Origin: Camelus ferus
Taxonomy: Eukaryota
Assembly (NCBI RefSeq): GCF_009834535.1
Contig: NC_045696.1
Coordinates: 54,376,001-54,440,000 of the forward strand
Direction of reading: 5' to 3'
DNA length: 64,000 bases
The notes under the pieces are model-generated. The model worked only from the letters and a program-made list of their open reading frames with translations, was not told the DNA's origin and did no database searches. The stretch's first letter is position 1, and every line of letters begins with the position of its first letter. Below, piece after piece: positions 11,914 to 25,294 of the stretch. The position numbers and the translations under genes were made by a program.

Positions 11914-13261
11914 GCATTAAATTTATGGCTGGGGCTGTTTGTAGCTCACAGATGATGATTCCTTCCAATGTGTCTTTGGCTATTTCTTGTCCTGCAATAC
12001 TTTTATTTCTCTACACAGGAATGGCAAGCTGCTGTCATTCTTTAATTCAGGTGCCTCTTTGGGATGCCTCAGCTTCCTTCCCCACTCTGATTTTAATGCT
12101 TCTATGATTGGCCATTTCAGGCAGACAGTGTGTTGCGAGATTTTTCACATCATAGCTCTATTAAATCAATCCTATTTGAACTCTTCCTTCTCACCACTTC
12201 ACTGAAAATAACCTCCTGAGGATTGGAGGGTTTGAAAAGGCAAAAAAGCTTCAGTGATTGCTTTGACAAAAACTTTGGATACGAAGGAAATATCAGACAG
12301 AACTATTTCTATTCACATATGATGTTTACATGTCCATTTAGGGTTACGTTCAGAGGTCGTTTGGCATTATGGCTGAACAGGGAACTGAGTAGAATGCAGA
12401 ATAAATGCAAATACACTTGATGAAGAGAAGAAGAGGAAGATAAAACAAATGGTTAATGATCACAATGGTAAAAAAATAAAAAGTATACGTGAAAACCACT
12501 AAATTCTTAGTAATCAAACAAGCAAACATCAAAACCCCCACTAACGTTTATCACAAGATACCAACTCTGCAACTAAAGGAATTATTTCTTCCCCTTCTCC
12601 CAACCCTTGACCATGACCTTAAATATAAAAACAAAGAACTTACAAGGAACATCAAGATATTTAAGAGCTTGGAACAGTAGTTTCCCAGAATTCGCCTATT
12701 ATTGACAGTTCTCCATTTTAATCTACAAGACCACCCCCGCTTCTCCAATGAATACAAGCTGTACCCAGCAACCAAAACTCCCACACACATCACTTGACAA
12801 AAATAATGATAATCCATACAATTGTAATGCATGCTTACAGTTTACAAAGCACTGTGCATGCATGCGTAATCATTTTTAATAATGCCAAGAATAAGATTAA
12901 TGTCACTGTCCAGTCTATCAAGATTTGCTATTGCAATGTGTGAAGAAAACTTCTAGTACATTTTTCGCAGCCATACACAGTAGGCTGAAACTCCAAGTGA
13001 AAACTTGGGGAAAAAAGACAAAGTTTTTTTTTAAATACAAGAATAAAAAAAAAATACAAAAGTAATAAAACAAAGCAAAAATAAGACCCCCATATCAATG
13101 TTGCACCTATGAGTATAACTCATCCTAAGTTCCTGGTCCTCTCCAAAACCTACTTCTTTAGTTTATATGGTTCTCTCCCTCCTTCTTACTTCTCTTTCCT
13201 TTGCTTTCAATATCTTATTAGAATAGAATCCCTAATGCAATGATTTGTGTTTCACAGGTAA

Positions 13262-13430
13262 GTTATTTTACAATGTACATGAGTATACTATCCCGTATTA
13301 TCCTCACAAAACTGTGAAGTAGACAGTCCTGAAAAGATCCTCGCCTTCCAAACTAGGAATATAAAGCTCAGAAAGGTAAATAGCCCACGGATGTAGATGC
13401 AACATGTGCACACCAGTATCTGGAGCCATT
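13262..13430 (-). mobile_element. MIR fragment
   Basis: attatcctcacaaaactgtgaagtagacag…ataaagctcagaaaggtaaatagccc. Confidence 0.5.
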
Positions 13431-14234
13431 CAAACACCTCCGGCAACATGTGCTTTCCCTGGCTGAGTCATCACCACCACATACACACTACCCTCCTCCA
13501 GTTGTTATACCCACTGTGGTATGATCTCTCCCTGTGAACCAACAGTCTAGTCATTATAACAAACAGGACATCAAATACAATCTAGGAATATGTAAAGTGG
13601 AAAGAAAACATTTTAAGACGGGTAATATATAGCTTTGACGTTTATGTGCATGAACACCGAAAAGTAAACTTAGATATCAAACACGTAGAACTTTAAAGGT
13701 GTATAAAAGTTAGCCATATGGACTTAGGTACTAATCTTTCTTCAAACTGCACCTTAAATATTGATATTATGTCAGATCCATAAAGTCGAATAACTAGTAT
13801 TTACTTTTGGAAGCTGGAACGCTATATTAAATAATAAGTTTAATTTTAAAAACTTGAACCGTACATATTAATCTCCTAGTTTAGGACACTAATGTATATG
13901 ACTAAGAGTTTAATTATCCTCTAAGAAAATTTACATGGAACTTTACAAATACTAACTATAACTGTAGGAACTACCCGTGTTCTAAGACGCCTGCCTTACA
14001 AACATAACCTAATGTCAACATCAAACATCCTGGGTAAAGTATGAGGGGTGAGTGAGCACAGCGCACTACAAGTTCAACAGACGTCCACAGCTTTACTAGT
14101 GTTAGAGCAACCCTCACCAATTTATAATTTTCACTGGGACTGCCTTTCATTTGTGGTCAGATTCCACTGGAAGTTAGGAGATCAAGTAAGGACATAACAT
14201 TCAGGGTATTTTCAGGTCATCTGTAGTAGAGAAA

Positions 14235-14360
14235 CATGATTTAGCAGAAAGAAAATCAGATGTTATGTCAGAAGACCCTTTGTTCTAGTCCTGGTATGAC
14301 TCTAAACTAGTCATCATCTGTAAAATAAGGGAACCATTATGTCCTTTCTAAATCCTGTAG
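14235..14360 (+). mobile_element. MIR3-like fragment
   Basis: tcagaagaccctttgttctagtcctgg…catcatctgtaaaataaggg…gtcctttctaaatcct. Confidence 0.5.
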
Positions 14361-15275
14361 TTTTTGTCATGTACGTGATATACTTGTCAGTTCCCTTTTT
14401 AGGTATTCTCTGAAGACAACAGGATCTGGGGTAGGTGCGGCAGAGATATGGGAGGGACACATAGGAGAACATGCATTAATTGAAGAGTCAAGAGAAGAAA
14501 GAAGCAGAGCAAAATTGAACTGCTCTTAAGGTTTTCTCCTCTCAAGTGCAGTTTATTGCTTATGGTTTTCAGCTGCACCATCAGTCCAGTATAGACAAGC
14601 AGAGAAAAAAACTTTCTACTCACAACTGTGATTTTACTGAGTTATTTTTTCACTATGGTAACTGTATAAAGCCAGTAATTTTTAAAACCACAGATTATAT
14701 TCAGTGTAATAGTGGAGAAATTAGAAATAGTATTGCATTTCTCAAGTGAAATGCCATTTAAATCAATTTAACTAAAATGAATTTATTTCTTTACACAAGT
14801 ACCCAATGTTATTTTTTAAAGTATTTAAAGAGATCCATGAAGCCAATAAGACAAGAATAACAATAGTGCTGTTTTACCTAGAACTATCAAGAGATATGAA
14901 AAATGGGACCAGAATATTTTTTTTCCAAAACTCTGGAAACCCAACTGCTTCAAGACAGAGTGTCTACTCTCCAAAACCTATAAACATCCTCAAAGGACAA
15001 TTGTCAAGAACACCATCTTATTATCTTTAATTATTTTTCTTTCACATGCTATGTAATGAGTGAAAAAAAATTAAATGTTTATTTTTAAATTCTAGTTCCA
15101 AACATACTTATTTTCATTCAAAAAAGACAAAGTGACCATCCATGAGAATGGAGATGTGGGCCTAGTTCTTCCTCAGATAATGGCAAACCTGGTAAATATT
15201 TTGCTCCATTAGCTGTAGGAAACCAGATTTATTCATAGGACTAGTTGGCTTTGTCACTCAGGAGGATGATAGTAA

Positions 15276-15776
15276 GGCCACACGGTCCAAAAGAAATATA
15301 ACATGCTTTAAGTATGTAATTTTAGATTTACTAGTAGCCCCACTTAAAAAGTAAAAGAAATGGAATTTTAATAATATATTTCGTTTAGCATACATAAAGT
15401 ATTACCATTTTAACATGTGAGCAATATAAAACTTATCAGTAAGATACTTTGCATTTTTTTTTAGAATAAGTCTTTGAAATGTGATACACATTTTACACTT
15501 AGAACACATCTTAATTTGGATGTTATATGTTCAGTGGAAATATTTGATATATTTTATATTAAATAAAATTTACAGTTGAAAAAGTATATTCACATACCTA
15601 AATTGTTCCAAGCATACTTAAAAGTTTTCCAATAACAGACTCAACTGCAAGTGTTAAAAATTTAAGTTAATTAAAATTAAGTAAAATTAAAAATTCAATT
15701 CCTCAGTCCTAGTAGCTACATTTCAATTATTCAATAGCCACATGTGGCTAGTGGCTACCGTATTGAACAAGGCAGC
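15276..15776. mobile_element. hAT-Charlie element, Charlie1b/MER33-like
   Basis: gtccaaaagaaatataacatg…tagtagccccacttaaaaagtaaaagaaa…aatagccacatgtggctagtggctaccgtattgaacaaggcag; ~500 bp. Confidence 0.85.
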
Positions 15777-15913
15777 TGTAGGGGAAAGAGAAGGGTGGAG
15801 ATGCCAAAGAGGGGTGCTGATAAAAATCGTGAAGAATTATAATAATTTAGTAAGTCTACGAAGCATAATATTTACCAAATATTATATCCTGTCTTCTCCC
15901 CCTCCCCAACCTA

Positions 15914-16382
15914 CATATTAGTTTCTTGAGGCTGTTGTAGCAAATTCCCACAGACTTGGTGGCTTAAAACAACAAAAAATCTTCTCTCACAGTTCTGGAG
16001 GCCAGATGTCCAAATCTAGCAGGGCTACCTTCTCTGGGGACTGTAGGGAAGAATTCCTTCCTTGCTTCTTCCAGCTTCTGGTGGCTGCATTGGCATTTCT
16101 GGGCTGGCAGGAGCACCACTCTATCTCTGCCTATCTTCACACTGCTTTCCCCTCATGTCTCTGTTATAGCTCTTTGTCTCTCCTTTCCAGGACACTTACA
16201 AGTAGCCACAGGGACATGTGATAGCCTTTACGGACCACCAGAATAATCCAGAGCAATCCCCTCATTTCAAGATCCTTAATTTAATGACATCTGCAAAGAC
16301 CCTTTTTCCAAATTAAAGAAATTTACAAATTGCAGAGATCAGAACTTGGTATCTTTGAGTGGTCATTGTTCAACCCACTAAA
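15914..16382 (-). mobile_element. MaLR solo LTR, MLT1C-like
   Basis: tattagtttcttgaggctgttgtagcaaatt…ggtggcttaaaacaac…ctcacagttctggaggccaga…aagatccttaatttaatgacatctgcaaagaccctttttccaaat…caacccacta. Confidence 0.85.
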
Positions 16383-19300
16383 ATTTGTAAAACCCTCTTT
16401 CTTCCGAGTCTGTAACATGAGGGTTGAAATTTTGGCACAGGGGTCTCCTTCTACATGAACAACAAATTCATTCAAATGCAAACAAATTCAGGACCATCAA
16501 CATCTGATTCTACTCTAAAGGGTGGTGTCAGAGTAACTAGCAGGGTCCTGAGCTAGCAGTAAGCTAATAAGCAGCAGGAGGACTACGGGACAATAAGAGA
16601 AATGTAAGCTGACATCCTGCTCAACACAGAAACCCCTCCATTAACACATACGCACACACACATCCTTATACCCTCCTTCTAAGACAGTTCTTGGTGGAAC
16701 CCGGGATTTTCAGTATAATCTTATCTCAGGAGATGCAGCTGCCATTGCCCAGTGTAGAATGGTCTAGGGTACAGAATGCTCCCAAATGAAAATTACAAAC
16801 TACAGAATGAGCCACCGTAGAGAAACACAGATGCTCTTAAAAAGAAGAGATGAGCAAATGGTTTACGAGTATAATTGCACAATTTCCAGTATTCGAGAAA
16901 CATAGCTGTGATGGTCTGCATATATGTTAATATTGTAATTTAAAAGAGACTGACTAAAAGAGAAATATTTAGAAATTGTTTCAAAAGGTGAAGTCTGAAT
17001 GTAAACAGAGGTCTGGCAGAAGGAAAAAAAAAAAAAAAGGAAAAGATTCTCACATATGGTTCCTTCATCCCTGCAGAAATTGATGGGTAAGACGAAGGGT
17101 TCAGAGAATTCTGAGTGAAGTTGTAGTCATCTCCTGTCTCCATGAATGATGGCTCCTGATTTATTATCAGACAGTTAGAGGTAAGTAAGAAGATTATACA
17201 TTCCAAATAATAGCATATTAACAGCGCTACTTAAAAAAAGGAAGAAAAGGAAAAGGATCATTTATTCCTTTATTATGGAAATTAAGCCCTTAGTAGATAT
17301 CTATATAACCCTCTTTGGAATTGACAAGGGAAAACGTGCTCAGAGGGAAAATAAATTTTGGTTTATTTTTCTTTCTGTAGAGGATGGAACTTTTAATAAT
17401 AGTCTGTAACAGTTTAGCAATTGCTGCCTCACTTTGTTTTATTCTGAATTGAGTCATCATTCCTCAAAATGCAAAGGAAGGAAATTCTATTCGAAGTGTT
17501 AAACAGGTGAGAACTAAGCACATTAGTTTTCAGCTATCATTGAGAGTTTCCTAGAAGTCCTGGTATTATCCAACTCAGGAGGGGAAAGATGTAGGATCTT
17601 GGGGGATGGGGGGGGGGGCTGCTGACTTTCCATCAAGTCAATATAGCAAAAGTATAATGAACACACGCGTGGTGGGAGATTCCACAGTCTGTGGAAAAGC
17701 CATTTTTCCACAACGGGAAAGGTTATTAAAACACATCAGCGCCTCTGGTAGTCACCTAAGCTGTTGTAGTCTTGAGTCACTGAGGAAAACAATTTCATTC
17801 TCAGAACAGCTTTCTCTCTCCTTCCTTCCTCCCCAGCCGCCCCCTTCCATCCCCACTGCAGTGTATCCTTTCCTGGCTTCAGAGAAAGTTCACAATAAGA
17901 CCGCAAACAAGTGTGGATAATTGGACTATTACAGGCTTCCATAGATAATCTGGGTAATTCTCAGCATTGTCACTGAATGCCTCTGCAGTCTGTAAGGAAG
18001 CTGAAAGGAAGGCAAACTCTTAGATGGATTTTGAGATGGTTTCTATTTTAAAAGGCAGCCAACCACCACCACAATTGGCCCTAATTGCTTCACTTGTTGG
18101 CAGTCTCAGGAGAGACGACAAGGGCTGCATGAGCAAGGGAGACTAACTCCTTCTCATTAGGAGCTCAGCCCCTGTGGGTCAGGGACGAAGCCCCCAGGGG
18201 AATGGAGCTGGGCCCTTGCAACTCTGTCTTACGGGTAAACGAGATGCCAGCCTAGGATTTTCAATTTAACATCCTCGCTGGAGTAAGCTGAATTGATTAA
18301 ATGAGAGAAACAACAAAGAGGACAGAAGGAGAAAGCGGTAAGAAAGAGGGGAAGCTATCTTTGGTTAGGAGAGCTGAGAAAAGTAACTGGCTACTATAAT
18401 TCAGGAGTTCAGGGAGTTTTTCTTTGTTTAGAAACATGAGATCTGAGCTCCCAGCACCTCTGAGCTGTTGTTGGGGTTGCTTTTTGATATTTTCTTCCTT
18501 TCTTTCTTTTTCCCATTATGAAAATGGTATTCACTAATGAGGTAGGATACTCTAGTCCATTCTGTTTCAGAATGATCTTTCCAGGCCAGTCTCAGAGAAA
18601 CTTTTCAGTGTATAGCCATCCTTCCCACACGGATTCTGACAGTTTCCAACTTCCATAATAATTTTTACACTTGTTTTTGAGTTGATGAAATTAAACAAAC
18701 TGAAAAGGAATCCACATAAGCATAGTTTGGGTCACTTGGAGGTCAATTTTATATCCCAACTTTGTGAACTAATTTCCATGCCTGTATTTTTATCTTGTAT
18801 AAGTCAAAAAGGTCAAATAACATTGTAGAGCACTGATGCCAACAGAGGTTTCCCAACAGTACAGAGAAATAGAACTCATTCCTGGGTTATCCTAAGGTTG
18901 TATTCTTAGCAACGTGTGCAAAGATATTTCCTTTTGATTTCTCATTTAAAAGGACTTTGTGTGTGTGTGTTTGTGTGTATGTATATGTATATGAGCAACT
19001 CCATGATGGAGCTGCAGGACTTCCTCCAAAGAAAGATACAGTGGGAAGTAACCCTCTACTTGCTGGGAGGGCAAATCAAAAGATAGAAGTACATATTACA
19101 GACACAAAATTCACAGCTACTTCTAGCTTTTTTCATCGCTCAAATTACACTCATACACATTTATGTTCTATATGTACCTAAAACAGCTACCTAGAATTTG
19201 TGCCTGGTAAGATGTATAACCCTTGAGACCAGAGAGTTTCCAAAGCAACAGTCCCTGTCAACCCCTCTTCCCGTCCCTTTCCCCCTCCTTCTGTATGTAC

Positions 19301-19429
19301 GGGTATGTACATGCAAGTTTTCATATATGCACCCAAAGTTCTATCTGCACTATAGAAGTTAGAGAAAAAGCAACAAAGTCCCTTATAGATATTATCTGCA
19401 AAAATCCTACTATGTGCTAGAAAGTCTAC

Positions 19430-19600
19430 TAAGTGATTTCCCAATGTTAATGCATGTCATCCCAGCAACCCTATAAAGTATCATTATTGTCATCATTTTA
19501 CAGATAAAGTGACTGACACTGGAAGAAGGACATGACTTGCCAAACAACACACAAAAGTATCAGCAGAGCAGCAATCAGGGCTCAGGTTGTTCAGACACCA
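19430..19600 (-). mobile_element. MIR
   Basis: agcaaccctataaagtatcattattgtcatcattttacagataaagtgactga…gacttgccaaac. Confidence 0.65.
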
Positions 19601-22600
19601 GTATCTTGTGTCTCTCTACATCCATCTCCACACGGTGTAAAAAAACGCCTCTGTTAAGTTTACCAAAAAGAACATTTTATAGTACTATGCTTCATCTAAC
19701 ACTGTAACTCCCTTTGCACTGCAAGAGAGTAGATTAGCTTAAAGACTCACTCATCTAGACAACAATGTTTATGTGAGAACAGGAAACATTGTGATACTTC
19801 ACAAAGTAAGATTCAAATATCACTCAGGTCAAAATTAGCTGGGATGATTAAAATGCTGATTCCTGGGCCAAGATCTATTCTGCAGGTGTTTTACTACCTA
19901 CTTCAGTTTAAAATTTATCAATGATGACCTTGTGGCTTACCTTTTCAGTTTTTAAATAGGCTAGAACCTTTTCATTTTAATTTGGATCGAAGTTGGTTTA
20001 AACATCTTCATTAATACAGAAAATGAATTATAATTCATCTTTTTGTCAGAACCTTTAGAAATAAAAGCAGGGATAATATAAAGAGCAAATGTCCTGGGAT
20101 GTCTGAAATGGCAGTCTACTGTTTAAAAATGCATGAACGTTATCCAAAAAAATTAAAATGTGCAAGAAGATGCAAAATAAATACCTATAAATGGTGGGAG
20201 AGAGTTGGAAGATGAAGGTTTGTCTTGACGTTGAGGTAGGATGAGGAACGTGAGGGGACTACTGAAACAGAAGAGCCTTCTGGACAATGTCATGATAGAA
20301 GCAGAAAGGACTCCAGATACTGGGGAAAAAAAGTTCCACTCTCAGGAAGTCATAGGACAAGACCTCTAGGAACCTTAAGTAAGTCCAGTCCTATAGACTG
20401 TCATCATTTATGACTTTTTTCCAGAACCCTAATGACTGAATCATATTTAATCTCCATGCTAGGCTGGTAGGTGTAGAGTGACTTCAAATGGAAACGAGAC
20501 TAAATAAATAAATAAAGCCCCATGGAATTTCCCCATCCTTTTCCTGACTCAAAACCTTTACAAGTAAAGGGTAGAAATCTCTCAGTTCACCAGCGGAAAA
20601 AGCTGAAAAGGCAAATATATATGACAGGGGAGTTCTTGACAGATTCATGATGTATATCCAAGTGGAACAATCAAAATGAATGAAAAAGTTTTCTCCTTTT
20701 TACAAGAAGAACTAAGATCTGTTCCTAACTCCACATTTCTTTGTCTTCAGTAGGTATTGATAGTTTTTTTAATGCCAAGGTGCAAACCTTGGTTGTGGAA
20801 GTGAGACTCTGAAAGGATAACCAAAGAGTCCTCCCAGAATGGGAGGGACGGAGGCGGCTACTTGGATGGGACAAGGCTATGCTGTAACAGACAGGGTAAC
20901 TTCACTCTGACCCAGAGAAGGCACTGAGGTGGGAAGGAGTGGAATGGATCGGCAGTCCAGTAATGTTTGAAGCTTTAGAGTGGGAAGAAGAGCAGTGATG
21001 GCTGTATGTCTAGCAGGACTGAAGGATTTCTCTGAGGGGTATCCCAGCCTCCAATATTCAGTCTATAGAAAGTGCCAGCACTGGTCTAAAACACAGCATT
21101 GCAGCAGGGGCCCCACCAGTCATGGAAGGGACCAATGACGGCTAAAGAGGAGAAATCTGTCCTAAATTCCCTAGGAACTCTTAAGACACAGGAATTTTAT
21201 AAAATTGAGTGAAAGGGAACTCCCTTCATCAACCAATTAAAAATAAGAATGAAATTGTCAATAACAACTTGCCATGACACAGCCAATATGCCAGCTGTTG
21301 AGGCCTGACCCTTGACCTTCATGTGTTCCAGAATTCTGCGTTTTGCAGACTTGACACCTGCTGGATCCAGGTTCTATGGACCTGTATTAAATTCCAGTCC
21401 AAACTTGGAAGCTTCTCATTTGCAAACCTACCCTGAAGGCTGTTCCTCAGTCTGCTTTGACATTCAGCTTTGGTTAAACCAAGTGTCTGATGCTTTAGAA
21501 ATAACACAGACCTCTGCATTGACTCAAACATATCCTTCTGACAACCGTTCCACTTGGTCAACTCAGGTGAACTGGCCTTTATCCCATGCCAAGATCATGT
21601 TCTGGCTGCTGCGTCTCCCCCAACTCTCCTTTCTTGCTAATTGTTGCCCCTTTCCTGGAAATTCTTCCACTGCCTCATGATTCTGAAACAGGGGAACGTT
21701 TGCAAACCAGAAGAGTCAAGGGGAGCATTGAAGAGAAAGGCCAGGATGCTGAGGTCAAACTCCACAGCCTTCATCATCTTGCCAGGGATCAGCCCTGTAT
21801 GCCAACAACTAGGCAAAACCGAAGGAAAGCTGCACCGGGGGATTTTTTATTTTTTAATATACACCTGACAAAGATGTTTTCCCACTTTGTGTAGATTATA
21901 GAGACACTGGAAAGATTTTATAAAAATGTGTTTCACCATTTTCATTAATACAGTTATCACTATTGTGAGGTTGACAAAGTATTTTAAAAGAAGCAGATAA
22001 CTTATTTTCTATAAAGCTCAAAGAAGACAGGCCTCATCAGAAAAAAAAGAATTTCATCAACAACTTTTAAAATTAAAATGTTTGACACAAACTGATGTGA
22101 CATAAAGCCCATGGTGAAGTCTGTAAAGTCCTATCTGTGACAGGTGGGGCAAGGAATCCCACTGGGCGAAAAAAAATTAAACCTGTGACCTGCCTCTGTG
22201 TGGGGGTGATGTAGTTCTTTTAATTTATTTTTTTGGAGTGTGATAGCATCTCTTTAGATGGGAGATATGATGAAATCACAGGAGAGGCTGTTCTGTGTGA
22301 CTTCAAGGTTAATAAGAGGGAAGCCTGGCAATGACAGGGCTGGCAGAGAGGGAGAAAATCCTTCCTTTAAAGCTACAGATCGAAGGGTTGGAGTGATATC
22401 TATGTGACATTTCACCACTGATGTTCCTGATTAATTATCAACAATTCAAAAGAATATCAGTGTAAAGAATGGGGAGCTCTTGACAGTTAAAAGGGACATA
22501 ACCTCATTAAATCTTTAGGATACAGCTTCTCTCAAGTCATTTCAGAGATGGGAAAAATGAGCTCAAGTGTGTAAATCAGGAAGAAGTTACATTAAATTCT

Positions 22601-22649
22601 TAGCATCAATATGATTTCAAAAGCAGGCATTACAACAGTAGCACTTGCC

Positions 22650-22815
22650 ATACTAGTTGTAACACATGTTCCAAAAACATGCATTATAAATTGATCTAAC
22701 ATTTATTGCAGGATCATTTGTAATAACACATAATTAGAAGAGTCAGTATGTCAATCAGTAGGGGAATCGCTAAACAAAATACAATATATTCGTATGTTAG
22801 AATTTACTTTAGTAA
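22650..22815 (+). mobile_element. Ancient L1M 3' region fragment
   Basis: catttattgcaggatcatttgtaataac…tgtcaatcagtaggggaatcgctaaacaaaatacaatatatt. Confidence 0.5.
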
Positions 22816-22834
22816 AGAATGAACATCATCAATT

Positions 22835-23035
22835 TGTAAAATGTATATAGCTCCCACAATTTGTCAGGCCCTGTTCTAAGTGGTTTTCCTGTATTAACTC
22901 ATTTAATTATCACAGCAAACCTGTGAGCTAGATCCTATTATATCCCAATTTTACAGATGAAGAACTGGGGAATGGAAACATTAATAGCATGTACAAGGTC
23001 ACAGCCAGGAAGTCTGGATCCACAATCCAGGCTCT
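22835..23035 (-). mobile_element. MIR
   Basis: ggccctgttctaagtgg…tattaactcatttaattatcacagcaaacctgtgag…cccaattttacagatgaagaactg…aaggtcacagc. Confidence 0.8.
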
Positions 23036-23199
23036 TAAAAATATGCTCTGTTTCTTCCGACCAGTCTTGAAATATATAGATCAAAAAAATTATTTGCTAT
23101 TAAAAAAAAGACATATGGAATAATACTAAAAAGCCACATTAGAAAAAAAATCACAATATCACATTACATCATGCTCTGTTATGGATATTTAAGGAGATT

Positions 23200-23325
23200 G
23201 TGTGTGTGTATATATCTACACACATTTGTATATTTTTATGTTTGCATATTTCAGTGTATGTATCTATGTATATCTATATGTATGTGTGTGATGTGTATCT
23301 GTGTGTATGTGCATGTATATATATT
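23200..23325. repeat. Degenerate (TG/TA)n low-complexity tract
   Basis: Read directly from the sequence. Confidence 0.8.
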
Positions 23326-23409
23326 TAGCTTAGGGTTCTGGTAAAGGGGTTTTATGTTTCTCTTTAATATTCCAATTTTAGAATTAAGAGTACATCTATG
23401 TATCTTAAA

Positions 23410-23650
23410 TTTTTTTTAATTTAAGTATAGTTGATTCATAGTGTGTTAGTTTCAGGTGTATAGCACAATGATACAGTTATATATATGTGTGTGTGTATGT
23501 GTGTGTGTGTGTGTGTGTGTATATACATATATTCTTTTTCAAATTCTTTTCCATTATAGGTTGTTAGAAGACATTGAATATATAGTTCATTGTGCTATAG
23601 AGAGGTCCTTGTTGTTTATCTATTTTATATATAGTAGGGTGTATATGTTA
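23410..23650 (-). mobile_element. L1 3' UTR fragment (artiodactyl type) containing a (TG)n microsatellite
   Basis: tttttttaatttaagtatagttgatt…ttagtttcaggtgtatagcac…ttcttttccattatagg…tatagttcattgtgctatag. Confidence 0.85.
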
Positions 23651-25034
23651 TGAATCTTGTATAATGAAGAATTGAAACAAAACAGGTCTAATACAAGTCT
23701 AGATTTCTTTTCTCAAAACAGAGGACAGATGACAATGTATCCCTTACTTCTCTTCCAAATTAAGTAAGAACTGCTTAAGAGCTGCTCCTCTTTCCTTTAG
23801 ACCTTTCCTCTCATCCCCTCCCCTGCTACTTAAACTGGAAACTGTTTCAAACATGTTTTGATTTCCTAACTCCAGGTTTCCACTTAGGGTTTCAGAGAGC
23901 CCTCCTCGGAAAGTTCTTTCGGGCAGTGTCAATCACAGCAGCTGGTGACTCTCAGAACCTGGAATACAAATATTTAGCACCTTTTGACCTGTGCTTTGGG
24001 TGCTGACCCCAATTCCAATTTAACAGGAACATTCCTGTTCTGTATTCTGTTAGATGCAAATCTTCCTGAGTAACTAGCCAGGGGCCTGAGACAGTAACAG
24101 GTACACCAAAGAGACTGCTGAATAGAATCCCCTGATGGACTCCAAATGAGGAGAGAGGGTTCGGAAAACAGACACACCATCCTCTGGGATGGCACTGGGT
24201 AAGACTCAGTGCCTCCACATTCCTCCCTGCTCAGCCCCAAGGCAGATCTCTCCCTACGAGTCTTTGTTTCCACTCAAAGAACTGGGGCTTGCAAACATCT
24301 GTGTCCCCAAGACCCAGGACCAGCCCACAATCAGGGGGGAGGAGAGCAGAGCTACAGCTGGGCTCCACCCTGCATCTCCGATTAGCTCACTTTTCTCTGC
24401 AGCCCACTCAGCAGAAGCCTGGCAGTCGGCTTTCCTTTTCTTTACTCAGGACACCAGCATTCGCCTCACTTGTACCTGCTTCTTGAAGGAAGCCCCTTCT
24501 TATTCATCCACTCCCATTTCTAGGTTTTCTTCTCTGCTCGTTTTTCACAAGATCTCTACTGAGAGTTGGTGGGGAATCTGCTTTTTTTTCACCAGCTGCT
24601 CTGGCACACACCAACCCAATAGGTGTTCACGTACATTTTGAGAACCTCACTGATTTGTTTTTCCCTTGGGTTTCAATTTAACAGAAGTATCAATAAACTT
24701 ATCTTAAATGGTACAGACTTCAACAGGAACCCCAAATCCAAAATATTGACAAGTGATCTAAAAACATCGTGAAGCCAGTAACTGGAACCGATAGTTCTGA
24801 ATCATATACCTCTTCTTCCTTCTACCTTTAAACCAGAAATACAGTAGAGCTAAAGCAGAGGGGGAAACATGGCATGTCTACATTCACTCCTTTCTATCAA
24901 ACTGTCTTCTCTCCCTCTCAGAGACAAGCACCTGGATGCATGAAAACTATCCATGTTCTTAAACTCCTAATTTCACTATCCCAGGATTCTGTGTTTGGCA
25001 ATCCACAACACCTGGCTGGAGGCTGGGGCAGTGA

Positions 25035-25200
25035 GGCATAGGACATTTATTTAGCACTAATGTGTATCAGAGCCTTTATATCCAACCCTATAAGATAGGT
25101 TCAGGCTCAGAGAGGGTAGGTAACTTGACCAAGTCACACTCTGAAATACAGCAGTCAGAATTTAAATCCAGGTTGGCATGATCCCATAGGCCATGGTACT
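25035..25200 (-). mobile_element. MIR
   Basis: catttatttagcactaatgtgtatcag…aggctcagagagggtaggtaacttgaccaagtcacac…gaatttaaatccagg. Confidence 0.7.
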
Positions 25201-25294
25201 TCCTCATCACATCACGCTGCCTTCAGGGTAGGAGGGTCAGCTTCTAGGCCAGGATTCCCAAATCCTATGAACATCAGAATCAATTGGACAACCC

